NCBI GenBank assembly: GCA_947627435.1 | Contig: CANQWB010000004.1 | Location: 19,331 to 51,330 of the forward strand | DNA: 32,000 nt | From: an uncultured Bacilli bacterium | GTDB taxonomy: Bacteria; Bacillota_I; Bacilli_A; RF39; UBA660 | Reading direction: 5' to 3' | Shown here: in pieces, positions 31,512-32,000 of the stretch | Layout: every line of letters starts with the position of its first letter | Numbering within the stretch: the first letter of the stretch is position 1 | Made by a program: the position numbers and the translations under genes | Notes under the pieces: generated by a model | The model's input: the letters and a program-made list of their open reading frames with translations, nothing else | Database searches by the model: none | Told to the model about the DNA's origin: nothing

Positions 31512-32000
31512 CTACTCCCTCTTTAATGCCACAGCAAGTGGAACTTTATTTAATACACGTTTGGACAATGCAATTGCAATATAATATGCGATGAGTAAGC
31601 CAAAGAGTCCTAGAATCGCAAGTCCCGGTGATAATGTAATTGGAATTGTCACTTCAATATCACCTACAATAGCTTTTACAATGGCTTTTAGAATTTGTAT
31701 CATAGCTGGGATAGAAAGTAGATAAGCAACAATAATAAATGGTGTATAAATATTAAGTACCATACTACTAATTCTACGATTTTGATATCCCATTACTTTT
31801 AATAAAGATATTGTCTTCTTATTTTCTTCCACCACAATATTGGCAATCACTGCTATAATAACAAGTACCATAATAGAAGCAAAGGCAATGATAATATAAA
31901 TACTTCCATTAAAACGATCCATTTGTTTTTCAATATTTGCTCTCATATCACTCATATTTAAAATATAGGCAATTTTAGAAGTTTCCTCCTCAGATAAATT
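31512..32000 (-). CDS. FtsX/MacB-type ABC transporter permease, C-terminal part (the 5' end lies outside the window)
   Basis: I checked that the minus-strand frame stays open from the track's Met (31955) to the window edge (...NLSEEETSKIAYILNMSDM...). The C-terminal three-TM block with LKVMGY is typical of the FtsX-like domain. The stop lies 4 nt before the ATPase ATG. Confidence 0.75.
   Translation of the reverse strand, partial: NLSEEETSKIAYILNMSDMRANIEKQMDRFNGSIYIIIAFASIMVLVIIAVIANIVVEENKKTISLLKVMGYQNRRISSMVLNIYTPFIIVAYLLSIPAMIQILKAIVKAIVGDIEVTIPITLSPGLAILGLFGLLIAYYIAIALSKRVLNKVPLAVALKRE

Noticed and set aside
1-32000. I scanned for CRISPR arrays, tRNA/rRNA genes, IS elements with terminal inverted repeats, integrases and restriction-modification genes.
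   Set aside because: I saw no regularly spaced repeats, no cloverleaf-like GC-rich segments in the intergenic regions, and no transposase, recombinase or methyltransferase motifs in any ORF.

Overview
This is an AT-rich (about 30% GC by eye) chromosomal segment from a low-GC Gram-positive bacterium (Bacillota). Supporting signs are two T-box leaders, GGAGG-type ribosome-binding sites, and SpoIID-, Cse60- and SpoVB/MurJ-like genes. An Erysipelotrichales- or Clostridia-like organism is plausible, but the lineage cannot be fixed without a database search. I call about 25 CDS, nearly all on the minus strand. The housekeeping backbone is: HD-domain gene (partial), SpoIID-like gene, clpC, two MOP-family flippases, cse60-like small gene, M23 peptidase, DUF45/YgjP-like zincin, YfcC-like transporter, TIGR01212 radical-SAM gene, tex, mutM, CDF transporter, lipoprotein, serS, polA, CaCA antiporter, and a MacB/FtsX-type ABC pair (permease partial). 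No rRNA, tRNA, CRISPR array, transposase or integrase is visible. Three places look accessory. (1) At 4.9-8.95 kb lies a translationally coupled three-gene operon, bracketed by a duplicated 29-30 nt terminator sequence. It encodes an AAA+ (MoxR/AAA_5-like) ATPase with a large non-ATPase N-terminal domain, a truncated pseudo-ATPase paralogue of that ATPase, and a zincin(HExxH)-VWA(MIDAS) protein. This is my best candidate for an uncharacterised system. (2) A 1.3 kb Fic-gene islet is inserted into the 3' end of serS. It is flanked by a 40-nt imperfect direct repeat and leaves a displaced ancestral serS C-terminal relic. (3) An orphan ~500-aa prepilin-type protein has a lectin/FGE-like C-terminal domain. 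A G10 homopolymer sits in its leader, which is exceptional for this base composition. In addition, a glycine-specific T-box controls an HD-domain gene rather than a tRNA synthetase. All domain calls come from motifs read in the translations and remembered family signatures. No searches were run.
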